In this document: piece after piece, positions 41,601 to 52,928 of the stretch
Layout of the letters: every line of letters begins with the position of its first letter
Position numbering within the stretch: the stretch's first letter is position 1
Origin: Vicugna vicugna
Taxonomy: Eukaryota
DNA: 64,000 nt
Assembly: GCA_013265495.1 (NCBI GenBank)
Contig: MU058423.1
Coordinates: forward strand, 2,309,061-2,373,060
Reading direction: 5' to 3'
Program-made: the position numbers and the translations under genes
Notes under the pieces: generated by a model
What the model was told of the DNA's origin: nothing
What the model saw: the letters and a program-made list of their open reading frames with translations, nothing else
Databases searched by the model: none

Positions 41601-42554
41601 CCAGGAGGTAAGAAAAAGCAAGTGGGTGAGCTCCAGCCCACTGTCCCAATGCCCTGGTTTCTTGGAGTGGAGGGGCTGGGGTCCATGTTTTCTTTCTGAG
41701 GGTCCCTCTTTCAGTCTCTCTGCCTCTGTGTTCCCCCTCTCATTTCTTTCATCAGAAAAGCAGTAAATCTTGGGGCTGGCCCTAAGTCTCCCTGAAGCTC
41801 CTGCTGCCTGACCTGGAGACCACTTTAAGTCTGGATCCAAGTGGGGGTCTGGATGTAGCCCCTGCCCTGGGTTCCCCCTTAAGGAGAGGAAGAGGAAAGT
41901 TTGGGAAGGCCTGAAACTAGGCAGGCAGGGAAAGGAGAGAAGGAGTGTAGAGGAGATGAGGCAGAGGGCCAAGACCAAGGGGGTAGGCGGGCAACCAGTC
42001 AGAGGGTGGTGCAGCATTGAGTCACAAAGTCCCCAGGGACCTGGGACAGTACTCTGCTTACCAGTCCTGAGGGGGTCTGCATCATCCTCACAGCCCTGCC
42101 AGTGTCCCATCTGACCCACTCATCCATCTTAGCCCACCCTACCGACAAGAGGGACACCAGGATTCCAGATGTGTTACTTCTTGTGTTTTCTAAACAGGTT
42201 CTCCTGGTTTTGAGCATTTGGCAGATCCCTGATTTCTCTAGAAGTGGCCCAGGCCTGTCATTCCACATATGATAAGGCTCTGAGGCACTGGTTTGCATTT
42301 GGCATGGGGGTGTGACTGGAAACTTGAATGGGTTCACCCCAGCTAGTCAGCCAACCAATCAGCAAAATAGGCAATCAGACAGCTAGTCAGTTAGCCAATC
42401 AGCTCACCAATCAACTAGCCAGTTTGGCAGTTACTAGCTAGTTAGTTGGTCAGAGTCACCTAGCCAGCTAGCTAGCCAGTCAGAGTCAATTAGTTAGTTG
42501 GTCAGCCAGAAGCCTGGACACTTAGAGACAGCTGGCCAGGGCCAATTGGTCAGT

Positions 42555-43412
42555 CCTCAAGCCAATCAGTCATTTATTGAGTTCTTAGCAAGTATGAAGA
42601 AGCTCTCTCTGTTTAGGGCCTGGGGTAGAAAAAGAAATGCAAAAAAAAATAATAATAAGGAATTAAGACACAATCCCTGCCCTTACGGGGCTTACAGCCT
42701 TCTTAGGGGTGTAGAATATATATGTGTGCATAAAATATGATTTTAAAATGTATAAAAATAATCCAAGTAAGTGCAAATTGATATAATATGAATCAACTAC
42801 AAAAGAGCAGAGGAGTACAAACTAAAGGAGCAATTAAAGACTGATGGAGACCATCAGGAAGGGCTGATTCCTGCAGGCTGAGGGGAAGGAAGGGAGGAGG
42901 GTCATGGGGAGCCAGAGTGAGGGGTGATAAGAGTCATATGTTTATCAACAATGTGGGTGAGGACAACAGAAGGCACTCATCCGTGTGCAGGAGACACAAT
43001 TGGGAGGGCTATGAAGACAGAATTAGAATTTAAAACAATTTCAATAGGCTCAGTGATGGGCCGGAATGAACAAGTTGCTTTTAACAAAGATGAACATAAA
43101 CTTCTGCACACTGGTAAAACAATCAAGTTCTCGAAGTACAGGATAGAGAGAATCTGGCTTGACAGAGGTTTATGAGAAATGGAACTAGGGGTTTTAATAG
43201 ACCATAAGCTCAACATATGACAACAGAAAAATGTAATCTTAATCTGTACAAATAGAAGAACGTTGTCCAGATCAAGGAAGGTAGCAGTCCCACTGTACTC
43301 TGAGCTGGTCAGACAGCCTCTGGAGCACTGTGTCCAGGGTGGGCGCCACATTTTCAGAGGGACATTGACAAACAAGTGTGTCCAAAGAAGGGTGACCAGG
43401 ATGGTGAGGGGT
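42555..43412 (-). other. CSF1: CSF1 alternative proximal 3'-UTR terminal exon (3' end uncertain)
   Basis: ttttcag|ACCCCTCACCATCCTGG acceptor matches my recollection of the short-UTR CSF1 mRNA; candidate AATAAA at 42578-42573. Confidence 0.7.
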
Positions 43413-43530
43413 CTGAAAACCATATCATATAAGGAATGCTTGAGGAACTTGACCACACTGACCTTAGACGGGGGACATTCTTAAAGGGGGCATGGAGCTG
43501 ACTTAAAATATTGGAGGGCTCTCATGAGAG
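42920..43530 (+). mobile_element. CR1/L3 LINE fragment (ORF2 C-terminal region), antisense to CSF1
   Basis: + strand peptides FNKDEHKLLHTG and SRSRKVAVPLYSELVRQPLEHCVQ...VQRRVTRMVRGLKTISYKECLRNL match CR1 ORF2 motifs (FN..KCKVLHLG; PLYSALVRPHLEYCVQ; VQRRATKM..GL..LSYEERL). Confidence 0.88.
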
Positions 43531-44296
43531 GAGAAGGGAGGACCACCGGGGAAGGGGCAGGGAAGCTGGTTAAGCCTGGCGTATAGAAGGATTTCCCCAA
43601 GGTGCTATTGGGAAAGGGCAGGGAGCTTGCCTGGGCCTAAGAGTGTGTGACCAGAAGCTGGCTGACTCCCCATCAGGATGCAGAGAGGGGAGGCCCTTGT
43701 GGGGTAGGATGCTGGGCCAAATGACCTCTGAGAGCCCTTCTAAGACTAAGCCTTTATGGCTCCATGCATCTAAAAGCAGGAAGGCAAAAATGATCTTGGT
43801 TGGGAAGAAGGGTTAAATCAGTGTGCAAACAGAGAGCTGGCAAGAGGTGGATGTTAGGGGCCACTGCTAGAGGAGCTTGGGAGGTAAGCTGAGAGTGTTG
43901 GTTTTGAAGTGACTGGTGATGCAGAGCTGCTGAAATTCCCTAGGAGGCTGAAGACCTTACACAAGAGGAATTTGGTTGCTCTGGGATGGAAGGGGGCAGC
44001 AAGACTAGAAGCCCAATGCAGAAATGATAACCTGTCGCAGAAGTAACAGGGCCTGGCCTCAGATGAGGCAGAGGGACTAGAGGGACAGTGGGGAGACCAA
44101 AGGACCCGCGAAGGAGAAAGTTGGCCAGACCTGGTGATGGATTGAAAAGGGAGTAGGAGAGAGAGAATGGAGTCAAGTGTAGGGGCCTCAGGGGAGATGG
44201 TGGTACCACCAGCAAGTGAGGGTGAGTAGAAAAGGGTGTAGCTAATTTTAAAGGGTGGAGAGAGATTCAGGTCAGAGTCTTACCTTAGAATTCCCT

Positions 44297-44342
44297 CTAC
44301 ACTGGCAATTCCACCTGTCTGTCCTCATCCTGGGTCAGGGGG
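44297..44342 (-). CDS. CSF1: CSF1 exon 8 coding part (PLTQDEDRQVELPV*); exon continues to 44284
   Basis: cag|C acceptor, TAG at 44299-44297, 13 nt of UTR, then AAG|gtaag donor. Confidence 0.96.
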
Positions 44343-44665
44343 CTGCGGGCAGAGCACAGGGCTGTCATAAGACTTGAGCAGAGGCCAGGGAGTGAGGAAA
44401 CCCCCTAAGTTCATCCCCCAGCACCCCCGCCCCAGCATCCAGCCCTCTTCAGATTTAGAAGACCCAGAACTGCCTAACCCTAAGAAGAAATCAGGAAAAA
44501 TCCCAGATTTCTAGGAAAGAAGGGACACCCCTTCATTCTCCCCACCCTCCATCCTGTTCTGAGCTCCATTTCCTTAGTGCAAACAGGAGAAAGTCTCCCC
44601 CAAATCTAGAGGGGAAATAGATGCCCCATGCCTACGAGAGCCTCCCCCCACCCTCAAACTCTCAC

Positions 44666-44718
44666 CTGCCCTCTGGTTGCTCCATGGGAGAAGCCACTAT
44701 CTGAAGCTCTCGACGGCT
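44666..44718 (-). CDS. CSF1: CSF1 exon 7 (SRRELQIVASPMEQPEG)
   Basis: cag|AGC acceptor, AG|gtgag donor, 53 nt. Confidence 0.95.
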
Positions 44719-45280
44719 CTGAGGACAGAAAAGAGCAGGCTCTCTGAGGAGCTGGGGGAGGGTTGGGAGACCATGGCCCCATCCTCAGGCTGGGCTGCCC
44801 AGAGAGTATGTGAGAGAGTTACCAGTATCCCCTCTGGACCAGCCAGGGGGCTTTCAGAGGCCTCCTTGCTGGCAACGCCCCATCTCTTCTCCCCCTGCAG
44901 GTAGTCTCCTATCCTGGGGCTTCTTGGACCCCAGGCCTTGCAGAGCTCCTAGGGAATGCCCTCCCTGACACTTATACACATCATTTTCCTCCTCCATCTT
45001 CCCTCCCATCTGGGTTTTCACCTGCTGTGGCCCAAGAATAGTCTCTCCCACTCTTCTTCCCCAGTCCCTCTGGTTGATCTTGTAGCCTGAGCCTTCGCTG
45101 CTCTTGAAGAAACCCTCCATTTCAACCTCCCATCCTCTGTGCTCAGTCTCCTGTCTCTCAGTGTCTGAAGAACCCAGGCCAAACCCAAGTCATCCTCCAA
45201 CCTATTTGACCTGTTCCTCCCCCCAGGCTGTGCCCTGGCCCCTACAAGATGCCCTCCTCTCCCCAGTGGGCTCTTCTTAC

Positions 45281-45411
45281 CCGCCGCCTCCACCTGTAGA
45301 ACAGGAGGCCACCAACAGCCAGCAGGATCAGGATGACACTGGGCACCAGCAGGTGGTAAACAAAGCTGGGGAGCTGGTGGTCAGAGGGACCCTTGCGCTG
45401 CCTCTCATGGC
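45281..45411 (-). CDS. CSF1: CSF1 exon 6, short form (internal acceptor; predicted 257-aa cell-surface isoform)
   Basis: ttgactgacgcag|GCCATGAG is an in-phase internal acceptor giving ...SSQ-GHERQ...; corresponds to the known short membrane-spanning CSF-1 isoform. Confidence 0.85.
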
Positions 45412-46302
45412 CTGCGTCAGTCAAAGGAACGGAGTTAGAACGGGCCGGGGGCCTGGCCACCCCCTCACTTGCGTGTCCTCTGCGGTACTCTGTGATGCTC
45501 CTCCGATCCCTGGTGCTCCTTTTGCCTTCCAGCTCCTCCAGGGGCAGCATGTTGCCCCAGGAGTGGCTTTTGGGAAGCCTTGGCTGAGATGAGAGGATGG
45601 AGGGACTGCTGAGGCTTTGCGGGCGCAGGGCTGGGGTTCTGGCAGAGCCTGGCTCCTGGCGGTCCCTGGGTGAGGCAGATGAATGGTCCATCTTATTGGG
45701 TGTGTGACTCCAAGCCTCAGTGGGTCTCACGGGGCCCACCATGGGCAGGGGCATGCTAGTTACATCCCCAGGCTGCCAGCCTTTTGCCGATCCGGAGAGT
45801 GGTGAAGATGCTGAGAGGAAGTTGCTGGGTTTGGCGGTCTCTGCCTGGACGCTGCCTCCTCCCAGCCTGGAGGAGGGAAGCTCAGCCCCTTGGGGTATAG
45901 GACCCTCACCAGCCTCTCCAGAGGCCTCTTCCAGGACCAAGTTAGTGCCCAGCACAGAGTCAAGAATTTCCTCCATCCCAGTGATGGGCGCCCCGATTGG
46001 GGGGTGGGGCTGAGGTGAATCTCCAGTGGGGCTGCCCTCGATGCCTGGGGTCTCTGGCGACTCAAAGCTCTGACAGGTGCTCCTGGGTGGTCGCTGCTTG
46101 GCACGGCCCTGGTCCACTGTGTGAAGGGGCTGCTCACTGGGCAAGAGGGAGCTGCCCTCTGTTCCCTCAGAGTCAGCCCAGGTCAAGCCAGCCATAGGGG
46201 CCATGGAGGGGGTGAGGGGCTGCTGAGGGGCGACAGAGGTCAGGTCACTGCTAGGGGTGGCTTTAGGGTACAGGCAGTTGCAATCAGGCTTGGTCACCAT
46301 AT
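45281..46302 (-). CDS. CSF1: CSF1 exon 6, long form (spacer, GAG site EEASGEA, basic cleavage motifs KQRPPR and KRSTRDRR, TM helix)
   Basis: cag|AT acceptor, CGG|gtaag donor, 1022 nt; ORF 45242..46357. Confidence 0.97.
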
Positions 46303-47512
46303 CTGAAAGAACCACAGAGAGAGGGAGAGAGAAGGATGGGAAGGAGATAAGAGTCACCAGCTTTCAGCTCAGCTTTCCCAGAGGGGTCAAGAAGGAGATA
46401 TGGGTCGCGGGGAAGGGGGGTCCCTTCATGCCCTGACTCAGCCCTGGGACTGAGGAGAGGACAGGAATGGAGCCAATGCTAATGACACAGGCTTTAGGCG
46501 GGGAAGGTGCAAACTGCAGGAAGGTTCTTTGCAGGAAAGAGCAGAGTGGGGTTTAGACACACAGATTTGGGGTCAGGGTCAGGGAAGACCAGAGAACAGC
46601 CCTTCGTGGAGTTCGAGCTGGCCAGGTGCCAAGCCAGGGGTGACAACAGCCAGACAGGAGGTTGAGCAGTGGCCTTCAGGACTAACACAAGACACCCTCA
46701 AGCCCCAAAGACACTGTTGGTTGGAAAGCAGCAAGGTGGCTTCATGCATGGCAAGGGGCCCCATAGCCACAGCCTCAGGGGAGAGCAGGCTGGGGCTGGA
46801 ATGTGGCCAAGGCTTGAGGCCTTGGGATTGAAGCAGCGAGACTGGACTTGGCCATTGGCAGGTCTTAGGGCTTCAGCCCCCGCCTTGGGGAGCAAGGTTG
46901 AATGTAGGCTGGCCCACATGGCACAGGACGCAGTGACGAAGACAGGCAGAGAACACGTGTGCAACTGGGCCAGCACTGGGAGAGTCTGAATGATGCTTGG
47001 ACTTCAAATCCAGCCTTGTCCCTTGAGGGGACACTCAAGGTATCCTGGGGACTTCTGGAGCCAGGGCGTCCTGGTGATTCGCAGCAGGGCTCCTGGAGCA
47101 AGGGCCCTGACTCCGATGGAGCCTCTGCTCTCTCCACGGAACCCCCCATACGTCCAGCCAGCCTGCAGAGCCGGTGGGGAAAGCCTCCATGCCTACAGGG
47201 CTCTCGGAGAGGCCCGCTTTTCCACTCCCTGATCTCACAGCCACCAGCGTGATCATTCTTGATGCCTCAACATGCAGACATACGTAGGTGTGCATGCACA
47301 CACATGTCAGAAAAGACATGTGCCCAGGACCAACCAGAGGTACACGAAGCCACATATGTACACGAAACAAGCACATCTACACACACAGGAGCACAAATAG
47401 CAGCCAGGCTGCCTCCCAAGGGTCCCCCCAGTCCCACGTGTCGCCTCCCAAGGCAGCCCTGTTACACATCCTCTTCCCCAACCCCGCACTTGCTGGCCCC
47501 TTTGGTGCTTAC

Positions 47513-47660
47513 CTTGGCTGGAGCATTTAGCAAAGATGTTGTTGCAGTTCTTGCTGAAAACGTTCCAGTCCTTTTTAAGGAGATTCTTTGTTTCATTAAA
47601 GATATTCTTGATCTTCTCCAGCAACTGGAGAGGCGTCTCATGGAAAGTTCGGACACAGGC
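47513..47660 (-). CDS. CSF1: CSF1 exon 5 (ACVRTFHETPLQLL...FAKCSSQ)
   Basis: cag|GCC acceptor, CAAG|gtaag donor, 148 nt. Confidence 0.97.
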
Positions 47661-47829
47661 CTGGAAGGAGAGCAAGGCATCCCCTGATGAGGATGAGCAT
47701 TGGCCCCGTGTCTCTAGGTTGTTTGTCAGACTCCCTTGGCCTTTCTCGCATCCATCTTCTTTTTCTCTTGTTTTCTCTCTCCCCTCTACCCTGGTTTTCA
47801 GGACCCCTATGTCCTGAAATAGTAAGCTT

Positions 47830-50800
47830 TATCATTTATTCATGGGTCCATTTAACATATTTATGTGCCAGGCATATGGTAACTACCTGGGAATCATGCA
47901 CTGAGCAAGAGAGAGGTGGTCCCTGGCCGAGTTAGACATTGAGTCCAGCAGAGCTTCGGAATTAAACATATTGTTACAAGTGTGGTGAGTCCTAAGAAGA
48001 CTGATGTGAGAGTTTATAACAGAGGGACCTAAATGAGGGCTCAGGGGGAATCCCCAAGGGGCTGACTAAGAGATGAGCAAGAGTTAATCAGGAAAGGAGG
48101 CAGGTCAGAAAGAGCTGTGCTGGTGGTGGGAACAGACTGTGCATAGGTCCTGAGGCAGGAAAGAGCCTGAAATGTTGGACGACGAAAAGAAGGCTAGAGA
48201 GGCTAGAGTACAGCCATCTAGGGGAAAGTCGTGCGAGATGCAACTGAGAGAGGTCAGCGAGGATCAGGTCCTGCAGAACCATTATTAACCTTACCTACAG
48301 AGCAAAGAGATAACATCTGAGGGGGTGCTGGGGAGGTCAGTAGAGCATGATAAGACTGGAATCTTTTAGAAAGATCACCCTGTGTGGGGAGGAGAATGGC
48401 CAGGAGGAGGCCAGGGGGCTGTGGGTCCTTCTCTGGCATTGGTGTGTCTTGGAAGGAGACGCGAGCCCTGTCTATGGAGCTGCTCTTTTCTCTTCTGCAA
48501 AGGGTGTGGGGAACCAGGCTCTCCACACACCCTGGAGCTCTGAGAAGCTTCACACGCTCCCAGTTTTCCTCCCACCCCTTGAGCTGCTCCCTCTCAGCCT
48601 CCTTATCGGGCTCCCGCCTCCACCTGACTTCTAAGTGCTGGCACTCTGAGGGCTCAGTCCTGGGCCCACCCCTCTTCTTGCACCAATCTATGGCCCACCG
48701 GCCGATGACTTCCAAATCTTTCCCTAAACTGAGCTGCACGGGACAAAATGAGGGGCTTTACTAGGTAGTGAAGTCCTTGAAGGCATCACTGGATGCCCAG
48801 AGGCTGTGCATAGGAGGCCCTTAATAAATGTTTACTGGATAAATGAGAGAATGGATGTGGGAATGGGAAGACCTGGGCTCAGCTCCATTACTCACCAGCT
48901 CAGCAACACAGGCCAAATGAACTATCCCTGTTTGGGCTCATTTCCTCATTTGTAAAGTCAAAACAACAATCCCTGCCAACCTCCCCGCCAAGGATGTTGT
49001 AGGAAAGAGGTAAGCCGGCTCTCCCACACTTTTCTTCCAAAATCTCTGTGTCCTTTGTACTTCACAGAGAAAACAGGAACCGAGGACAGAAGGTCCTGAT
49101 GTCCACCCGTCTCCACAGAGGCTATGCCTTTTCACCTCCTGGGCTCTGAATCCCTCTCCTGCCAGCTTCTCAGGAGACTAGCCCTCTAACTTGTCCTGGA
49201 GTCTGGCCCCCCCAACCCCCGACACTACCCCCGGCATCAGTGCAGGGTGGGCGGCTTGCTAAAATGCAGATACCCAGGCCTGCCCACAGACCCAATGACT
49301 TTCTAGTGGTGTGTACTGGGAACCTGCATTTTAAACAAGCTCCCCAAATGATCCTTATGAACCTCAACACTGGAAAATCACAGACTTAGTACCTCTTGCA
49401 TTTAAAAATGTTTCCTCTTGCAATCCCACACTCCCTCTGGCTATCTCTCTCTTTTTCTGTGCCCTTTTGGAGCACGGTACCTCCACAGTGTTGTCTCCAC
49501 GTCCTCACTTTCTGTTCACCTGGTCTGGTACCTGCCTCCAACAGTGACCTCTGCATTGCCAAATGCATCGGACGCTTTTCAGCACTTCTCTTGCTTGACT
49601 TCTTAAACCCTATTTGGTAAAGTTGCCTCCTTTTTCCATCCTGAAACACTGTTGTTCGTGGGCTCAGTGATCCCACACTCTCTTTCCTCCCACCCTTAGG
49701 CTGCTCCTCAGTCTTCTTGCCGGTCCCCTCCTCTGCCTGACTTCTAAATAAGTGCTGGGGGTCCCGGGCCTGTTTCTCTTCTCACAGTGAGTAATGTTAT
49801 ACATCCCCTGGCTTCACAGATGACCTACAGGCTGGCACTGCTTATGTCTGTATATCACTAAACTCAAGACCCATGTATCCAGCTGCCTGCTCAACATCTC
49901 TACTCGGTTATTTCACAAATATCTCAAGCATAATGGACCCCAACCTGAACATCTGCTTTTCCCCCAAATCTGCTCTGCCCCATTTCCGCATCACTGGATC
50001 TCTACCAGCTCGAGACAAAACCGTCAGCTCTTCATGGCCGCCGCATCACCAAGTGCTGTTGGTTCTTCCTCCAAACCTGTTGGAACGCATCCCCTTGCCT
50101 CCACCCTCACCCTGATCCATGCCTGAAATTGTGCCTCCTACCGGCTGTCCAGCCTCCATCCCTGCTCTCTACAGTCCATTCTCCACACAGCACCCAGAAT
50201 GGTCTCAGAAGACCAGCTAGACTAGGTCACTCGCCTGTTCACCACAGCTTCCTCCAGCCCCACATCTATTAGGACACCAGGTGATCTGGCTCCCACCTCC
50301 TTCCCTCTCTCCCCTCCACTTCCTTGGCCATGCTGACCACGCTTAGGGGGTCCCAAATGTGCACATTCCTGCTCACCTAGGGCTTTGTGCCCAGCCTTCC
50401 CTGTTCTGGAATGCTCTGAGCAGCCTTATTGCTTCCTGATTCTTACTTATCTTTGGACCTCAGATGAATATTTTCTTACTCAGAAGCCCTCCTTGTCTCT
50501 CCTTCCCTACCCCTCTTTAAATCAGACTCTGGTTTCTCTCTCAGAGCCCCATGTGCTCCTCCTTCCTGCATCACTCCCTCACCACCTGCAGGTCTTCCTC
50601 TCTGGTCTTCTTTGTACAGTGGTTACTGCCATCTCCACACCACGAACTCTACTTAGGTATTTTGTTAACTGTCTCACCACCCCCAAATGTAAGCTCTGCA
50701 GATGTGGGGATTTTTGTCTGATCCCAGCTGTGTCTCAGTGTCTAGAACAATACCTGGTACACAATAGGCACCCATTAACTATTTGCTGAATGAACATATG

Positions 50801-51010
50801 CTCCTCAAGGGTTGTAACTCTATTTACTTGTGTCATTGTTTCTTTACTGGCTGTCAACCTCACTTAACTGTAAGCTCTGAGGTGAGAACCATGTCTTTTG
50901 TGCTCATGAAGACATCGTCAAGGACTTGCACTGTGCCTCCTATAAAATGAGTCCTCAGCATAGGTTTGTGGAATGAATCCATCCATGCATGAGTGAATCC
51001 ATGAGCGAGT
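47830..51010. mobile_element. Cluster of L2 fragments with MIR and MER5-like pieces filling CSF1 intron 4
   Basis: L2 motifs on both strands (catttaacatatttatgtgccaggc; tgtatccagctgcctgctcaacatctc; ctagaacaatacctggtacacaataggcac...gctgaatgaa); MER5-like ~49250-49380. Confidence 0.75.
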
Positions 51011-51125
51011 GAACAAAGCCATGGGGTGAGGCCAGTGACTGCACCCTGAGCACATGGGCAGGGATGGTACCATCACACCTGCCCTCTGCCCTTACTCAGC
51101 ACTCCCAGCTCCCGAGCCTTCCTAC

Positions 51126-51296
51126 CCTGTCCTGCTCTTCATAGTCCTTGGTGAAGCAGCTCTTCAGCCTCAGAGAGAGCTCCTGGAGCTGGACAATGAC
51201 ATTGGCATTGGGGGTGTTGTCTTTGAAGCGCATGGTGACATCCATTGTGTCTTGCATCAGGAGAAGTGCCTTCTTAAGGTAGCACACGGAGTCGTT
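51126..51296 (-). CDS. CSF1: CSF1 exon 4 (NDSVCYLKK...KDYEEQDR)
   Basis: cag|AAC acceptor, AGG|gtagg donor, 171 nt. Confidence 0.97.
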
Positions 51297-52865
51297 CTGA
51301 AAAACAAGAACCTGGAATTTATGATCTGGCTGATGACAGCTGGGAGCCCAGGCTCTGTGCCGGAGATGGAGGGCTGCAGCCTGCCCTCCTGAGGAGAGGG
51401 GCCACGCTACCCCGGTAAGAAGGAGAATGCTGCCCTCAGCTGACTTCCATTCTTGGTCTTTGGGATCTGGCACTGCTGAGGATTATGGTAGAGGGAAGGA
51501 GATGTGGATTCTCATTAGAGAGATCTTTGGATTTCTGGAAGATGAGGCTTTAATCCAAATAGGGGTACATAGCTAGGGTGGGTTCTGGGGAACTTCTCTT
51601 TCTCTGTCTCTGTCCCTCTTGGCTTGCTTTCACAAAAAGTCCTTTACCATATGGCTGCTTCTAATCCTGCAGGCCATAGGCATACTGGACACTACCTCAG
51701 GGTCCAAAGAATAACTGCAGTGTTTTGTTTCTCTAAAGAGATAGTGGTTGCCTCAGTGAAGACTCTGCTTTAGCTCTGTATACCTAGCACCTGGTCCAGA
51801 AGGGTCCTAGTAGTAACTGCTTGCTAAGGCATGAGAGTGAGTGAGTGAGTAAGTGAGTAGAATACCGAGGTTATTCCTTGGACCATGAGGTGCTCTCCAG
51901 TTCTAAGAGAAGTGTGTATGGGTCAGGTGTGCAGAATCTCAGGGGTGGGAGTAAATCCTGGGCATCGTGGCAATTTTTATGAGGCACAAAGATGAGCAGA
52001 AGTGGAATAAAGGCTGGGGTAGGGGCAGTTGGGAAGGCATAATAGGCATCAGGAAGAGCTTGTGCAAAGTCTTGGAGGCAGGCGGAATGGGGAATACGGG
52101 TAGTGGGTGGGGCTGTGTGATGGAGACTGGAGCTTGTAATCCCCAGACTAAACAACCGAGGCTTTCTCCTGGAGTGCAGAAGTCTCCAGGTTTACAGGGG
52201 GCAGTAAAGGTAACAGGTTAGGGTTTAGAGAGCTCCCCCTAGTGGTGGGATGAGGGGTGCACTGGAAGCAGGGAGGCCATTTAGGAGGCTCTTGAAATTG
52301 TCCAAGCAGCTGATGGGGTGGAGCCCCAGAACCCAGAGATGCTGGGAGGCAGAATCAGCAGCACTTGGTGTCTGGTTGGGAATAGAGTAGGAGAAAGAGG
52401 GAAAGGGCTGGACTGGATCCCTGGCTGCTTGTCTGTCTGCTGGATGGAGGTGACATCCTTAAGCAAAGCATGTGACCCAGAAGTACTGGTTGGCCTTAGA
52501 TCTTAGAGCCAGACTGCTTGGGTTCAAATCAGGCCTCCACCACTATGCTCTCAAGCTATGCTCTCTCCCTTTACCTCTCTGAGGACAATGAACAAGATTA
52601 TTGAACCACATAGTCAGGATTAAATTAGAAAAGTGCCTGGCATGCAGTAAGTGCCAGGCCAGGAGAAGGTAGCAGCAGAGGACTTGAGCCCTGGGTCCAG
52701 CCCAGCCCGTCCTAGACCCTGGCACCCCAAACTTGAGGACAGGGGTCCTCACTCCCATTCCCTGCTCAGCTCTAGGATTTCTCCTGCCTTCATGCTCCCA
52801 CATACACCCACTCTGGGAAGTGCACACATGCTATGACATGGGCTTTGTAAATAGCCGTAACTCAC

Positions 52866-52928
52866 CAACTGCTCCTGGTCTACAAACTCAAAGGAAATTT
52901 GGCACGAGGTCTCCATCTGACTGTCAAT
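52866..52928 (-). CDS. CSF1: CSF1 exon 3 (IDSQMETSCQISFEFVDQEQL)
   Basis: cag|ATT acceptor, TTG|gtgag donor, 63 nt; read directly from the sequence, not in the ORF track. Confidence 0.96.

Noticed and set aside
41448..42119. 223-aa minus-strand ORF between the two terminal exons
   Set aside because: No domain-like content or splice support; consistent with a chance ORF in GC-rich intron
42340..42570. Repeat array considered as CRISPR-like or structured RNA
   Set aside because: No constant repeat with unique spacers; it is a degenerate short-period simple repeat in a mammalian genome
42977..43456. 159-aa minus-strand ORF over the CR1 element
   Set aside because: Antisense frame of a decayed LINE lying downstream of the CSF1 stop codon; UTR, not CDS
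45104..46306. Several + strand ORFs opposite exon 6
   Set aside because: Antisense shadows of a GC-rich coding exon
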